From Thermoanaerobaculia bacterium (GTDB taxonomy: Bacteria; Acidobacteriota; Thermoanaerobaculia; Multivoradales; UBA5704): DNA of 64,000 nucleotides. The DNA is taken from NCBI GenBank assembly GCA_044226625.1, contig JBGAGQ010000001.1:192001-256000 (forward strand), given 5' to 3'. Each line of letters begins with the position of its first letter. Position 1 is the stretch's first letter. The translations under genes and the position numbers were made by a program. Below, piece by piece: positions 21,101 through 29,331 of the stretch. The notes under the pieces are model-generated. The model ran no database searches and was not told where the DNA came from. It saw nothing but the letters and a program-made list of their open reading frames with translations.

Positions 21101-21412
21101 CGCCTGCGCCTCTCGGCCGACCTCGTGACGCTCTCGGCCTGCGACACGGCCCTCGGGCTCGAAGCGCAAGGCGAGGGCCTGCTCGGGCTCACCCGGGTGT
21201 TTCACTACGCCGGAGCGCGCACGGTCCTCTCCTCGCTCTGGTCGGTTTCCGACCGCTCGACGGCGGAGCTGATGCGCCGCTTCTACTCCCATCTCGGCCG
21301 GGGCGAGCCCAAGGACCTGGCGCTCGCCGGAGCACAACGCGAGATGCTCGCCGGGCCGTTCCGACACCCGTTCCATTGGGCCGCTTTCCAGCTCGACGGA
21401 GACTGGCGATGA
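18119..21412 (+). CDS. PDZ-TPR-CHAT caspase-like protease, predicted lipoprotein (copy 1)
   Basis: Lipobox-like IASGC, PDZ-like AGLLAGDRIL, TPR-like repeats, CHAT dyad HFAGH and LSACDT, HPFHWAAF end. Confidence 0.85.
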   Translation: MLAARQALAAASAILFTIASGCSPRPVHSPDGAVVILEVQAGGAGETAGLLAGDRILTLHRLASRPANPGEVELEPSSCLAVALFELEQGPRGPVEIEVERGAAAGGKAVRRKLTLEADEWRLKLGSEHPTTPAARAWEHVRLAGNAADAHRPPDAEAEYAAAEKIARAQKDERLLALIHQRRADARIGANDLEGALGDIRAAVAIRDRLDPGSLLAAQAWSALGRVRNRREELDLAIEALNVALRIQTAHAPGSLVLASTENNLGLNAGIRGEVDEADRHFRAALAIAERKMPEGRVTASLLINLGNVARLRSRLDEAERFQRRAFGLWRRIEPTSARLPDILLNLANIAMARGDLERAERLVQNSVASNRVLGLEGAPVAGALAALGLIAERRGDLAEAEAHHLAALEILSRISPEGPSVARALTNLATAANGQGAFARARNYGERALALHRKISPQSQILAFDLVNLAEIAISEKKEALARARISEALALAESLPPTLDAAASLRRGPDLLLDLGTPADLRLAEKALGRALAIYERSAPGTVEHADALGLLGRLERRLGRLAEAERHLSQALDALDRSVRRLGGSELDETRFRARFALLYQEAIELAVERGQAREAYRTLERFRARSLLDLLGERDLAPPAEIPADLAELGRRVDARIAQLEERIGALDPGTEAPKIDELIAERARAFGEREGLRAKIRRISPRYAATAAPVPLDSAAARKTLAPDEVELAYSIGQRRTTLFVLLPEGFPGAPSEGLAVATLPIGRDALGREAAAFRSLALADRGLGGDRSFKAAAERLFALLVAPASPWIDRAARLRISADGPLAALPFAALAPPGASGGSVYLAERWPTTSVLSATLAAELGRMRADRPAAEALIAFGDPRYPGPAIAGASRGPRPSVRFRSGLSPLPASRGEVEQVAALLKPARAFLGAEATEERFLSEAPRGRIVHFAGHALLDPRFPLDSALALSAPRRPAHPGDDGLLQAWEIFERLRLSADLVTLSACDTALGLEAQGEGLLGLTRVFHYAGARTVLSSLWSVSDRSTAELMRRFYSHLGRGEPKDLALAGAQREMLAGPFRHPFHWAAFQLDGDWR

Positions 21413-24400
21413 CGAAGCACGACGGATCTTCGCGGTCGCATGCCCTGCCGTTCTGGGTCCTGGTTCCGTTCGCCGCGGCGCTCGCGGGCTGCCCTGCGGC
21501 CCCTCCGCAAAGCCCGGACGGCGCGGTCGTCGTCGCCCAGGTCCTTCCCGGAGGGGCGGCCGAGTCGATCGGGCTCAAGGTGGGGGATCGGATTCGCGAG
21601 CTCTCCCGGCTCGCCGCGCCGCCCGCGAATCCGGACGCCGTGACGCTCGTCCCGCGGGACCCCTTGGAGCTCACCTGGTTCGAGCTCGAGCAGGCACCCC
21701 GAGGCCCGGTCGAGATGGCGGTCGAGCGGCCCACGTCTTCAACCGAAGGCGCGACCGAGCGCCTCACGCTGCGGCTCGACGCCGACGACTGGCGGGTCCG
21801 CTACGGCACCGAGCGCTCGGTAACGCCTTTCGCGCGCGCCTGGGATCGCCTGCGCGAGGCCTCTCAACATGCAGAAAAACACGAGCTGTCCGAGGCGCTG
21901 GCCGCCTACGGCGCGGCCGAGAGCTACGCCGCGCCGCGGAAGGACGAACGATTCCTCGCCCTGATTCACCGGCGGCGAGCCGACGCCTTCGTCGTGGCCG
22001 AAGATCCAGGCCGAGCCATCTCGGACATCCGCTCGGCGATCGATCTCCACGCCAAGATCGATCCGGGAAGCCTCGCCGAGGCGTCGGCCTGGGCGGGGCT
22101 CGGTCGGATCGAGTTCCAACGCCAGAACCTCGACGCCTCGGTCGCCGCGCTAAACCGCGCGCGGAGCGTCCAGTTGAAGCAGGCCCCCGGAAGCGTCACC
22201 CTCGCGCTCACCGAAAACAACCTCGCGACCTGCGCGGGCGAGCGCGGCGATCTCGACACCGCGAATCTCTTCCTGCGTTCGGCTTTGAAGACCGCGGAGC
22301 GGAAGGTCCCCGAGGGCCGATTCATCACCTCCCTCTACATGAACCTCGGCATCCTCGCCCGCCTGCGCGCCCGCATCGACGAGGCCGAGCGCTACCAGCA
22401 GCGGGCGCTCCTCCTGGTCCGGCGGCTGGAACCGGACTCGGTGAAGGTGCCGAACATCGGATTGAACCTCGCCGACATCGCGATCTCGCGCGGCCACCTC
22501 GATTCGGCCGACGAGTTGCTCGAAGAGGTACTGCGGATCGGCAGGGCGGTCAACCCCAAAGGGGAGACGACGGCCAAAGCCCTCAGCCAGCTCGGCTTGG
22601 TCGCCGAACGACGCGGCGACTTCCCAGAAGCCGAGGCGCGCCAGAAGGAGACGCTCACGATCCTCCGAGAGAGCGCTCCCGACGGCCCTTCGGTCGCGGA
22701 CGCTCTCACGAGCCTCTCGACGATCGCGATCGCGCAGGGCTCATCGGCTCGCGCGGCAGGGTACGCCGAGGAGGCGCTGGCGCTCCACCGAAAGATCTCG
22801 CCCAAGGCGCCGGTCGTGGCGCTCGATCTCCTGAACCTGGGCGAGATCGCGCTCGCGCGCCGCGACGTCCGCGCCGCGCGGCTCCGGGCCGGCGAGGCGC
22901 TGCGGCAGGTCGCCTCGCTGCCCGACTCGCTCGAGTCGGCCGCGCCGCTCCGCCGCGCGGCTTCCTTGTTGGTCGACCTCGGGACTCCCGAAGATCTCCG
23001 CACCGCGAAGCCGGCGATCGAGCGCGCGGTATCGATCTACGATCGAGTGATCCCGGGCACGGCCGAGCAGGCCGACGCGCTCGGCCTGCTCGCGCGGGTG
23101 GAACGGCGGCTGGGCAAAAACGCCGCCGCCGAGGCTCGGTTCGATCAGGCGTTCGCCGCGCTCGACCGCAGCGTTCGGCGCCTCGGCGGCTCGGATCTCG
23201 ACACCACCCGTTATCGGGCCCGGTTCGCGCGGCTTTATGAGGAAGCGATCGAGCTGCAGGTCGAGCGCGGCGCGAGCGCCGACGCGTTCCGGACCCTCGA
23301 GCGCTCCCGCGCCCGAAGCCTCCTCGATCTCCTAGGTCAACGCGACCTCGCGCCCCCTTCCGAGCTGCCGGCGGCCCTCGTCGAAAGGATGCGGGAGGTC
23401 GACGCGCGCCTCGCCCGCTTCGAGAGCGAGATCTCGGCGCTCGATCCGGCGCGGGAAACCCAGCGAATCGATCAACTGATCGGACAGCGTGCCCGCGTCT
23501 TCGCGGAACGCGAGGGTCTGCGCGCGCGGGTTCGCCGGATCTCGCCGCGATATGCCGCGCTCTCGGCTCCCGAGCCGCTCGGTGTCCAGGCGGCGCGGGA
23601 ACGGCTCGCACCAGGCGAGGTCGCACTGGCTTACCTGGTGGGCGAACGCAAGACGCTCTTGTTCGTCTTGGTTCCTCCGGGCCCGGGCGCTTCCGGTCTC
23701 GGCACCGTGGCGATCCCGATCGGCCGCGAGTCGCTCGGCCGCGAGGTGGCGGCGTTCCGCAGTCTGGTACTCGCGGGCAAGGGACTCGGTGACGAGCGGG
23801 CAATCCGCCGGAGTGGCGGACGGCTCTACAAGTTATTGATCGAGCCCGCGCTCCCCTGGATCGCCAGGGCGGAGCGCCTTCGCATCTCGGCCGACGGCTC
23901 CCTCTCGTCGCTCCCGTTCGGCGCGCTCACGGTGCCGGGAGCGACGCCGGTCTATCTCGCGGAGCGCTGGCCGACCTCGACCGTCCTGTCGGCCACGCTC
24001 GCCGCCGAGCTGGGCCAAGCGCATGGCGAGCGGGCGGACGAGGCGATCGTCGCCTTCGGCGATCCCCGCTATCCCGGATCTCCGGCCGGCGCGGACCGCG
24101 GACCGCGGCCGGCCGTGCGCTTCCGTTCGGGCCTGGATCCCCTCCCGGCGAGCCGCGGCGAGATCGAGCAGGTCGCCGGCCTGTTCCGCCCGGCCCGGGC
24201 CTTTCTCGGCGCCGACGCGACCGAGGGCCGCTTCCTCTCCGAAGCGCCGCGCGGCCGCATCGTCCATTTCGCGGGTCACGCGTTGCTCGACCCCCACTTT
24301 CCGCTCGACTCGGCCCTCGCGTTAACGGCCCCCAGCCGACCCACCCGGCCGGACGACGACGGCCTGCTCCAGGCCTGGGAGATCTTCGAGCGCCTTCGCC

Positions 24401-24702
24401 TGTCGGCCGACCTCGTGACTCTCTCGGCCTGCGACACGGCGCTCGGCCTCGAGGCCCAGGGCGAAGGGCTTCTCGGGCTCACTCGCGCGTTCCATTACGC
24501 CGGCGCCCGCACCGTCCTCTCCTCCCTCTGGGCGGTCTCGGACCGCTCGACCGCCGAGCTGATGCGGCGCTTCTACTCTCACCTCGAAAAAGGCGAGCCG
24601 AAAGACCAGGCGCTCTCGGCCGCCCAGCGCGAAATGCTCGCCGGCCCCTTCCGCCACCCGTTCCACTGGGCCGCCTTCCAGCTCGACGGCGATTGGCGGT
24701 GA
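21409..24702 (+). CDS. PDZ-TPR-CHAT caspase-like protease, predicted lipoprotein (copy 2)
   Basis: ATGA overlap; lipobox LAGC; GLKVGDRI; HFAGH and LSACDT; colinear paralog of copy 1. Confidence 0.85.
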   Translation: MTKHDGSSRSHALPFWVLVPFAAALAGCPAAPPQSPDGAVVVAQVLPGGAAESIGLKVGDRIRELSRLAAPPANPDAVTLVPRDPLELTWFELEQAPRGPVEMAVERPTSSTEGATERLTLRLDADDWRVRYGTERSVTPFARAWDRLREASQHAEKHELSEALAAYGAAESYAAPRKDERFLALIHRRRADAFVVAEDPGRAISDIRSAIDLHAKIDPGSLAEASAWAGLGRIEFQRQNLDASVAALNRARSVQLKQAPGSVTLALTENNLATCAGERGDLDTANLFLRSALKTAERKVPEGRFITSLYMNLGILARLRARIDEAERYQQRALLLVRRLEPDSVKVPNIGLNLADIAISRGHLDSADELLEEVLRIGRAVNPKGETTAKALSQLGLVAERRGDFPEAEARQKETLTILRESAPDGPSVADALTSLSTIAIAQGSSARAAGYAEEALALHRKISPKAPVVALDLLNLGEIALARRDVRAARLRAGEALRQVASLPDSLESAAPLRRAASLLVDLGTPEDLRTAKPAIERAVSIYDRVIPGTAEQADALGLLARVERRLGKNAAAEARFDQAFAALDRSVRRLGGSDLDTTRYRARFARLYEEAIELQVERGASADAFRTLERSRARSLLDLLGQRDLAPPSELPAALVERMREVDARLARFESEISALDPARETQRIDQLIGQRARVFAEREGLRARVRRISPRYAALSAPEPLGVQAARERLAPGEVALAYLVGERKTLLFVLVPPGPGASGLGTVAIPIGRESLGREVAAFRSLVLAGKGLGDERAIRRSGGRLYKLLIEPALPWIARAERLRISADGSLSSLPFGALTVPGATPVYLAERWPTSTVLSATLAAELGQAHGERADEAIVAFGDPRYPGSPAGADRGPRPAVRFRSGLDPLPASRGEIEQVAGLFRPARAFLGADATEGRFLSEAPRGRIVHFAGHALLDPHFPLDSALALTAPSRPTRPDDDGLLQAWEIFERLRLSADLVTLSACDTALGLEAQGEGLLGLTRAFHYAGARTVLSSLWAVSDRSTAELMRRFYSHLEKGEPKDQALSAAQREMLAGPFRHPFHWAAFQLDGDWR

Positions 24703-24837
24703 GGCATGTTTCAGAGAGCCTTTACCCTCTTGCTTACGCCGCGGGGTCGTGCCACGATCCCCGGATCTCACTACCCGGTCAAACGGGATCGCGCGTCCTC
24801 GGATCGCGCATCAATTCACATCGCAAGGAGTCGATTC

Positions 24838-25041
24838 ATGTCGGAACAGGGTTCGGTCAAGTGGTTCAACGACGCCAAGGGCTTCGGCTTCATCACCCGG
24901 GACAAGGGCTCGGACGTCTTCGTCCACCAGACCGCCATCCAGGCAGAGGGCTTCCGCACCCTCGGCGAGGGCGATCGCGTTTCGTTCGACGTGGTCGACG
25001 GCCCGAAGGGTCCGCAAGCCCGTAACGTCGTTCGCCTCTAA
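24838..25041 (+). CDS. Cold-shock protein (CspA family)
   Basis: [15 protein letters not shown] (RNP1), DVFVH (RNP2), GPKGPQA; AAGGAG RBS. Confidence 0.95.
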   Translation: MSEQGSVKWFNDAKGFGFITRDKGSDVFVHQTAIQAEGFRTLGEGDRVSFDVVDGPKGPQARNVVRL

Positions 25042-25061
25042 GGTTTACCTCGCCCGTACCA

Positions 25062-25092
25062 CGACGCCCCGGGGGCTCTCTCCGGGGCGTCG
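25062..25092 (+). terminator. GC-rich stem-loop downstream of the cold-shock gene
   Basis: cgacgccccgg ... ccggggcgtcg; no clear U-tract. Confidence 0.5.
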
Positions 25093-25169
25093 CCGCGTTA
25101 GGCGTGCCCTTTCGAGGAATTTTGGCCCAGGACGAAACGTCGGGGCCGGTTCGAACGCCTATGGTTCCG

Positions 25170-25739
25170 ATGAGATCCCAATCCATGGCCGTTTCGAGCG
25201 ACCACCCCGTGTCCCATGATTTCTACGAGACGTTCCGCGAGTACTACCCGCGGCTACGCAGCTACTTCCTCGCTCAGGGTTTTTCCGCTTTCGACGCCGA
25301 AGATCTAAGTCAAACCGCGCTCTGGAACGTCTATCGATCCGAGGGACAATTCCGAGCGGAAGGAAGCTTCGCCGCCTGGGTCTATACGGTGGCGAAAAAC
25401 GCCGCGCGCGACGAGTGGCGCCGGCGCGGACGCTCACCCGAGACCGATTCTCTCGACCGACCTCTTGGAGAGGAGGGAGGCGAGACGGTCGCCGCCTCGG
25501 TCGCCGACGAGCGACCTTCCGCGGAAGACGACGCGCAAGCGAGGGAGGAGCTCGCCCGCACCGTCTCGGCCCTCGCGCTGCTCCCCACCCGGATGCGGGC
25601 CTGCCTGCTGCTCCACGTACAGCAGGGGCTCTCCTACGGCGAGGTGGCGCGGCGCTTGACTCTGTCCGTGCCGACGGTAAAAGTTCAGATCTGGAACGCG
25701 CGCAGGCGACTGCGCCAGGTGCTCGAGGGGGCCGCATGA
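25170..25739 (+). CDS. ECF RNA polymerase sigma factor
   Basis: DAEDLSQ, SFAAWVYTVAKN (region 2), LSYGEVA..TVKVQIWNARRRL (region 4); exact start uncertain. Confidence 0.9.
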   Translation: MRSQSMAVSSDHPVSHDFYETFREYYPRLRSYFLAQGFSAFDAEDLSQTALWNVYRSEGQFRAEGSFAAWVYTVAKNAARDEWRRRGRSPETDSLDRPLGEEGGETVAASVADERPSAEDDAQAREELARTVSALALLPTRMRACLLLHVQQGLSYGEVARRLTLSVPTVKVQIWNARRRLRQVLEGAA

Positions 25740-26548
25740 GCAAACCGATGTTCCCACCCCGCCCGATCGGGCCGCATCCGACCGCGGATCGGCTCTACCG
25801 GGCGCTCGCCGCCGAGCGCGCTCGAGCGGACCGCGCCGAGCCCGGGGCGCTCGCCTCCGAAGACGAGGCGGTCCTCGAGCACGTCGCCGCCTGCGCCGAG
25901 TGCTCGGCCGAGATCGCCCACCTCGAGGCGTTCGAGCATCCGACGCCGATGGCGCCCGAAGATCTCGACGCGGCGTGGCGTCGGTTTCAGGAGGGGCCGA
26001 GCGCGGCGCCCGCCCCGATGCCCCTCGAAACGCCGCGCGGCGCGACGATCGTGCCCTTCCCCTCGGCCGTGACCCGTCCCGCCCCGACCTTCCGCATCTC
26101 GCGCTACGCCGGCTGGGCGGCTGCGGCGATGCTCGTGGTCGGCCTCGGGCTCGGCTATCTGCTCGGCACTTCGAACACCCTAACTCCCGCTCCGGCCGCG
26201 GCGGATCTGCCCCCGGCTCCTCCTGCGGTGCCCGCAAGCCCGGCCCCGGTCCCAGAGGATCCTCTCCGCGGCGGCGAGCAACCGGTCACCGCCGAGGCGC
26301 TCGCGCCGACCGGCGCGCTCGACCGGCGTCCGACCGAGATCCGTTTCTCGAACCCCGACCATCAGCCGAAGCGGGTGCTTCTCTTCGCGACCGAGCCCCC
26401 TTACCAGTGGCAGAGCCCGGAGACCACCGGAGAGCGGGTTGAGATTCCTGCCGCCGAGCAGGCGAAGCTCCGCCTCGGGGTCGACTATTTCTGGAGCGTG
26501 CTCGACGCCGAAGGGGAATCGGCGGCGCAGACGTTCCGCCTACGGTGA
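25736..26548 (+). CDS. Zinc-finger (HxxxCxxC) anti-sigma factor with TM helix and extracytoplasmic domain
   Basis: HVAACAEC, WAAAAMLVVGLGLGYLL helix, Pro-rich linker, small beta-rich C-domain; ATGA coupling to the sigma gene. Confidence 0.8.
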   Translation: MSKPMFPPRPIGPHPTADRLYRALAAERARADRAEPGALASEDEAVLEHVAACAECSAEIAHLEAFEHPTPMAPEDLDAAWRRFQEGPSAAPAPMPLETPRGATIVPFPSAVTRPAPTFRISRYAGWAAAAMLVVGLGLGYLLGTSNTLTPAPAAADLPPAPPAVPASPAPVPEDPLRGGEQPVTAEALAPTGALDRRPTEIRFSNPDHQPKRVLLFATEPPYQWQSPETTGERVEIPAAEQAKLRLGVDYFWSVLDAEGESAAQTFRLR

Positions 26549-26667
26549 GATCGGTCCAGAGAGCCCTCGAAGAGCCCACCAGTCCACCAAAGCCCAAGAG
26601 AATCCCGAGAGCTCCGAGGTGAATCCGGGCGGATCGCGAAGGACGCCCGGGCGGAAGCTTCGCGGCG

Positions 26668-27453
26668 TCAGCGCCGACCGCGAGCTTTGGTCGCGATCGC
26701 CGTCGCGAGCTCCCGCACCAGCGCTTCGCCCGACAAATGCGGCAGGTCGAGGCCGAGCTTGCGCCGGAAATGGCGGCCCGCCTGCTCGTTCAGATCGTAG
26801 CGGGCGCGAGGATCGAGTTTCTCGGTGCGCCGCACGAGGGCGATCAACAGCTCGCGCTCGTCGAGGCTCAAGCGCTGGCGTGCGAGGCGGGCGATCTCCG
26901 GATCGACCGGCGTCTGCCCCTGCCTCCGCAGCGATTCGGGCAAGTCGGTGAGGGCGAAGCCGCGCCGCCCGCGCTCGTCGCGCACGACCAAGGTGCCGGC
27001 GAGCAGGTCGCCCAGGCGCCGGCCGTCGCGATCGAGCAGCGCCACGAGCCCGCCGAGACCATAGAACACCGGCATGAAATCGACGACGCGGCCGACGTTG
27101 CGGATGAACGACTGCTCGAGCGAAAGGGGCAGGCCGCGCGCGTCAACGACCCGCAGGCCGATCATCGCCTTGCCCGGCGTCCGCCCCTCGCGCCGCACCT
27201 CGAAGCCGACGTGGTACACGAAGGTCATGGCGAAGGACAGAGTCGTGACCGCGAGCGTGCCGAGGCTCCTCGGCAACACCCGCGAGAGCACCGCCGAAGA
27301 GAGTGCGACGAGCGCGAGGATCAAGGCGACGTCCACCCACAAGGCGAGGAACCGGCTCCCCGGTCCGGCCGGATTCAGGCGCACGCGCACGTGCTCGGGC
27401 GTCGTGATCTCCCGCCGCCTGCGCGGGCCGACAGCCGCAGCCGTTCCGATCAT
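26668..27453 (-). CDS. RDD family protein
   Basis: ITTPEHV, AGPGSRFLALWVD, GRTPGK..GLRVV, RRLGDLLAGTLVV. Confidence 0.85.
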   Translation of the reverse strand: MIGTAAAVGPRRRREITTPEHVRVRLNPAGPGSRFLALWVDVALILALVALSSAVLSRVLPRSLGTLAVTTLSFAMTFVYHVGFEVRREGRTPGKAMIGLRVVDARGLPLSLEQSFIRNVGRVVDFMPVFYGLGGLVALLDRDGRRLGDLLAGTLVVRDERGRRGFALTDLPESLRRQGQTPVDPEIARLARQRLSLDERELLIALVRRTEKLDPRARYDLNEQAGRHFRRKLGLDLPHLSGEALVRELATAIATKARGRR

Positions 27454-28481
27454 CCGTCCTCTCCCGCGCGAAGCTCGCCCGCCCCGACCGAGGAGCGCCG
27501 GCCGAACAGGAAGAACGTGAGCGCCGCGAACAGGATCGCCGCGACGGCGATCTTCAACGGATAGGGGACGGTCTTCGCGGAAAGCTGGGAGAACGACCCT
27601 TCGATCATTCCGGCGACCACCAGGGCCGCGCACGTGCCGACGAGCATCCGCCAGACCGTCGGGAACGCTTCGCGAAGCGCCGTCGCCCGCGTCACCTCGC
27701 CCGGAAACCAGAGCGCGCGCCCGAGCACCAGCCCGGCCGCCCCGGCGAAGACGATCGACGGCAGCTCGAGCGCCCCGTGGGGGCCGACCCACGCGACGAA
27801 GAAATAGCCGACCCCGTCGAGCACGTAGGAGGCGGCGACCGCCCCCAGGATCACCCCGTTCCAGAACAGCAGCCAGACGCCGACGAACAGGGTCGCCGCC
27901 GCGAGCCCGAAGGCGAGGAACGAGACGCGGATGTTGTGGGTGTAGAGCTGAGAGCCGAAATCCGCCGCCTGCCCCACGGTCGAAATGCGCTCCTCTTTCT
28001 TCTCGATCTCGGCCACCCGCTCGCGCGGGCTCGAGGTGAAGAACTCTCCCGGCACGAGATCCTCGGCGAACGAAGGGCGCACGACCACCGCGCCGAAGCC
28101 GAGCAGGGCGCCCCCACCGAACGCGAGGGCGGCGACGATCACCGCGCCGCGCGCGGTCCGAAAGCCGGCCGGTACCTCGCGCGTGAAGAAACGAACCAGC
28201 CGTCGGGCGCCGCCGAACGCCTCCTTCCGTCGCGTCCCGTAGACGAAACGGTAGGCGCGTCCGACCAGGGCGTTGAGCGGACCGATCAAATCCGGATCGG
28301 CGGTCACCGAAAGCATCCGATTGAGGTCGCCCGCGGCCAGCCGATAGAGCCGGACGATCTCGTTCATCCGCTCCGGCCCGAGCTCCCAAGCGGGCGAATT
28401 CGCCGCGACGTCGAGCAGCTCGTCGAGCCGGCGCCAACGGTCCCGGCCATCGGCCAGCAATCGTTCCAGAGGGATGGGCAC
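27450..28481 (-). CDS. Stage II sporulation protein M-like (DUF95) membrane protein
   Basis: HNIRVSFLAF, NGVILG, PHGALEL, AGMIEG motifs; coupled to the RDD gene. Confidence 0.85.
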   Translation of the reverse strand: MPIPLERLLADGRDRWRRLDELLDVAANSPAWELGPERMNEIVRLYRLAAGDLNRMLSVTADPDLIGPLNALVGRAYRFVYGTRRKEAFGGARRLVRFFTREVPAGFRTARGAVIVAALAFGGGALLGFGAVVVRPSFAEDLVPGEFFTSSPRERVAEIEKKEERISTVGQAADFGSQLYTHNIRVSFLAFGLAAATLFVGVWLLFWNGVILGAVAASYVLDGVGYFFVAWVGPHGALELPSIVFAGAAGLVLGRALWFPGEVTRATALREAFPTVWRMLVGTCAALVVAGMIEGSFSQLSAKTVPYPLKIAVAAILFAALTFFLFGRRSSVGAGELRAGEDG

Positions 28482-28499
28482 GGAGAGAGTTTATCGCGG

Positions 28500-28615
28500 G
28501 CTCCCCTCCTGGCCTCCCCCGCAAGCGGAGGGAGGGACGCGTCGGTGAAACGACAGTGGAAATGCGAAGGGACCTTCCTCCCCCGCCTGCGGGGGAGGAC
28601 CAAGGTGGGGGCGCC
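28500..28615. repeat. REP-like pair of GC-rich palindromes
   Basis: ctcccccgcaagcggaggg and cctcccccgcctgcggggggagg hairpins in an intergenic, inverted arrangement. Confidence 0.55.
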
Positions 28616-28619
28616 TCCG

Positions 28620-29321
28620 CTACCCCTCCGATTCCGCGTCAGGAGAAAACAGAGACAGCAGCGGCAGCCGCGTCCTCCGGCGCACCGCTTGGCGGCGAAG
28701 CCTCTCCCTCGCCGCTTCGATCTCCTCGCTCGGCAGCCGCGCCGCCAGCTTCTTGAGGCTTCGCTCGACATCTGCCGCCACCGCCGCCAGACCCTCGGAC
28801 GAGAGATCCCGATCTGCCCGCTCCAACATCTCGGCGTCGAGGGTCGCGAGCTCGCGCTCGATGCCCTCGGCGTGGGCCGACGGAACGGCGAGCGCACGCA
28901 CCCGTTGCGCCACGTCCCGCCCCGCCGCCGCGGGCGTCCGATCGAGGGCGGCGGCGAGCGTGGCGAGCCGCTCCGGCAAATCGAGCGCCGGAGCGGGAAG
29001 CGACTCGCCGACCGCTTGGAGCTCCCGAATCTCCTGCCATCCCGACTCGACCGCGGGGGCGAAATAACGGAGGGAGGAGACCCTCCCCTTGCCTCCCCGC
29101 TCCTTGCGGCGCGCGAGCACCTCGCCGAAGACCCGGTCGATCAGCTCGAACGGCACGCCGCTCTCGAACCACCCGTGAGCCACCTGCCAGTCGGCCGGCG
29201 AGAGGATCAAGGGGACCCCCCGATGGCGGGCGAAGATCTCCTCGACGGCGCGAAAGTACGCCTGATCGGGAGATTCGGGGAACAGCGTCTCGGCCGCCAA
29301 CGGGGGGAAAGGGGAAGACAC
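28620..29321 (-). CDS. Hypothetical protein, N-terminus DnaD/DnaB_2-like
   Basis: LSPADW...W...GVPFELI...RVSSLRYF pattern; helical C-terminus. Confidence 0.6.
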   Translation of the reverse strand: MSSPFPPLAAETLFPESPDQAYFRAVEEIFARHRGVPLILSPADWQVAHGWFESGVPFELIDRVFGEVLARRKERGGKGRVSSLRYFAPAVESGWQEIRELQAVGESLPAPALDLPERLATLAAALDRTPAAAGRDVAQRVRALAVPSAHAEGIERELATLDAEMLERADRDLSSEGLAAVAADVERSLKKLAARLPSEEIEAARERLRRQAVRRRTRLPLLSLFSPDAESEG

Positions 29322-29331
29322 CGGCCCGATG

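Noticed and set aside
18181-21408. 2173-aa ORF 18181..24702 as one giant protein
   Set aside because: The 5' half is an Arg/Pro-rich off-frame shadow of CHAT copy 1; the real second gene starts at 21409
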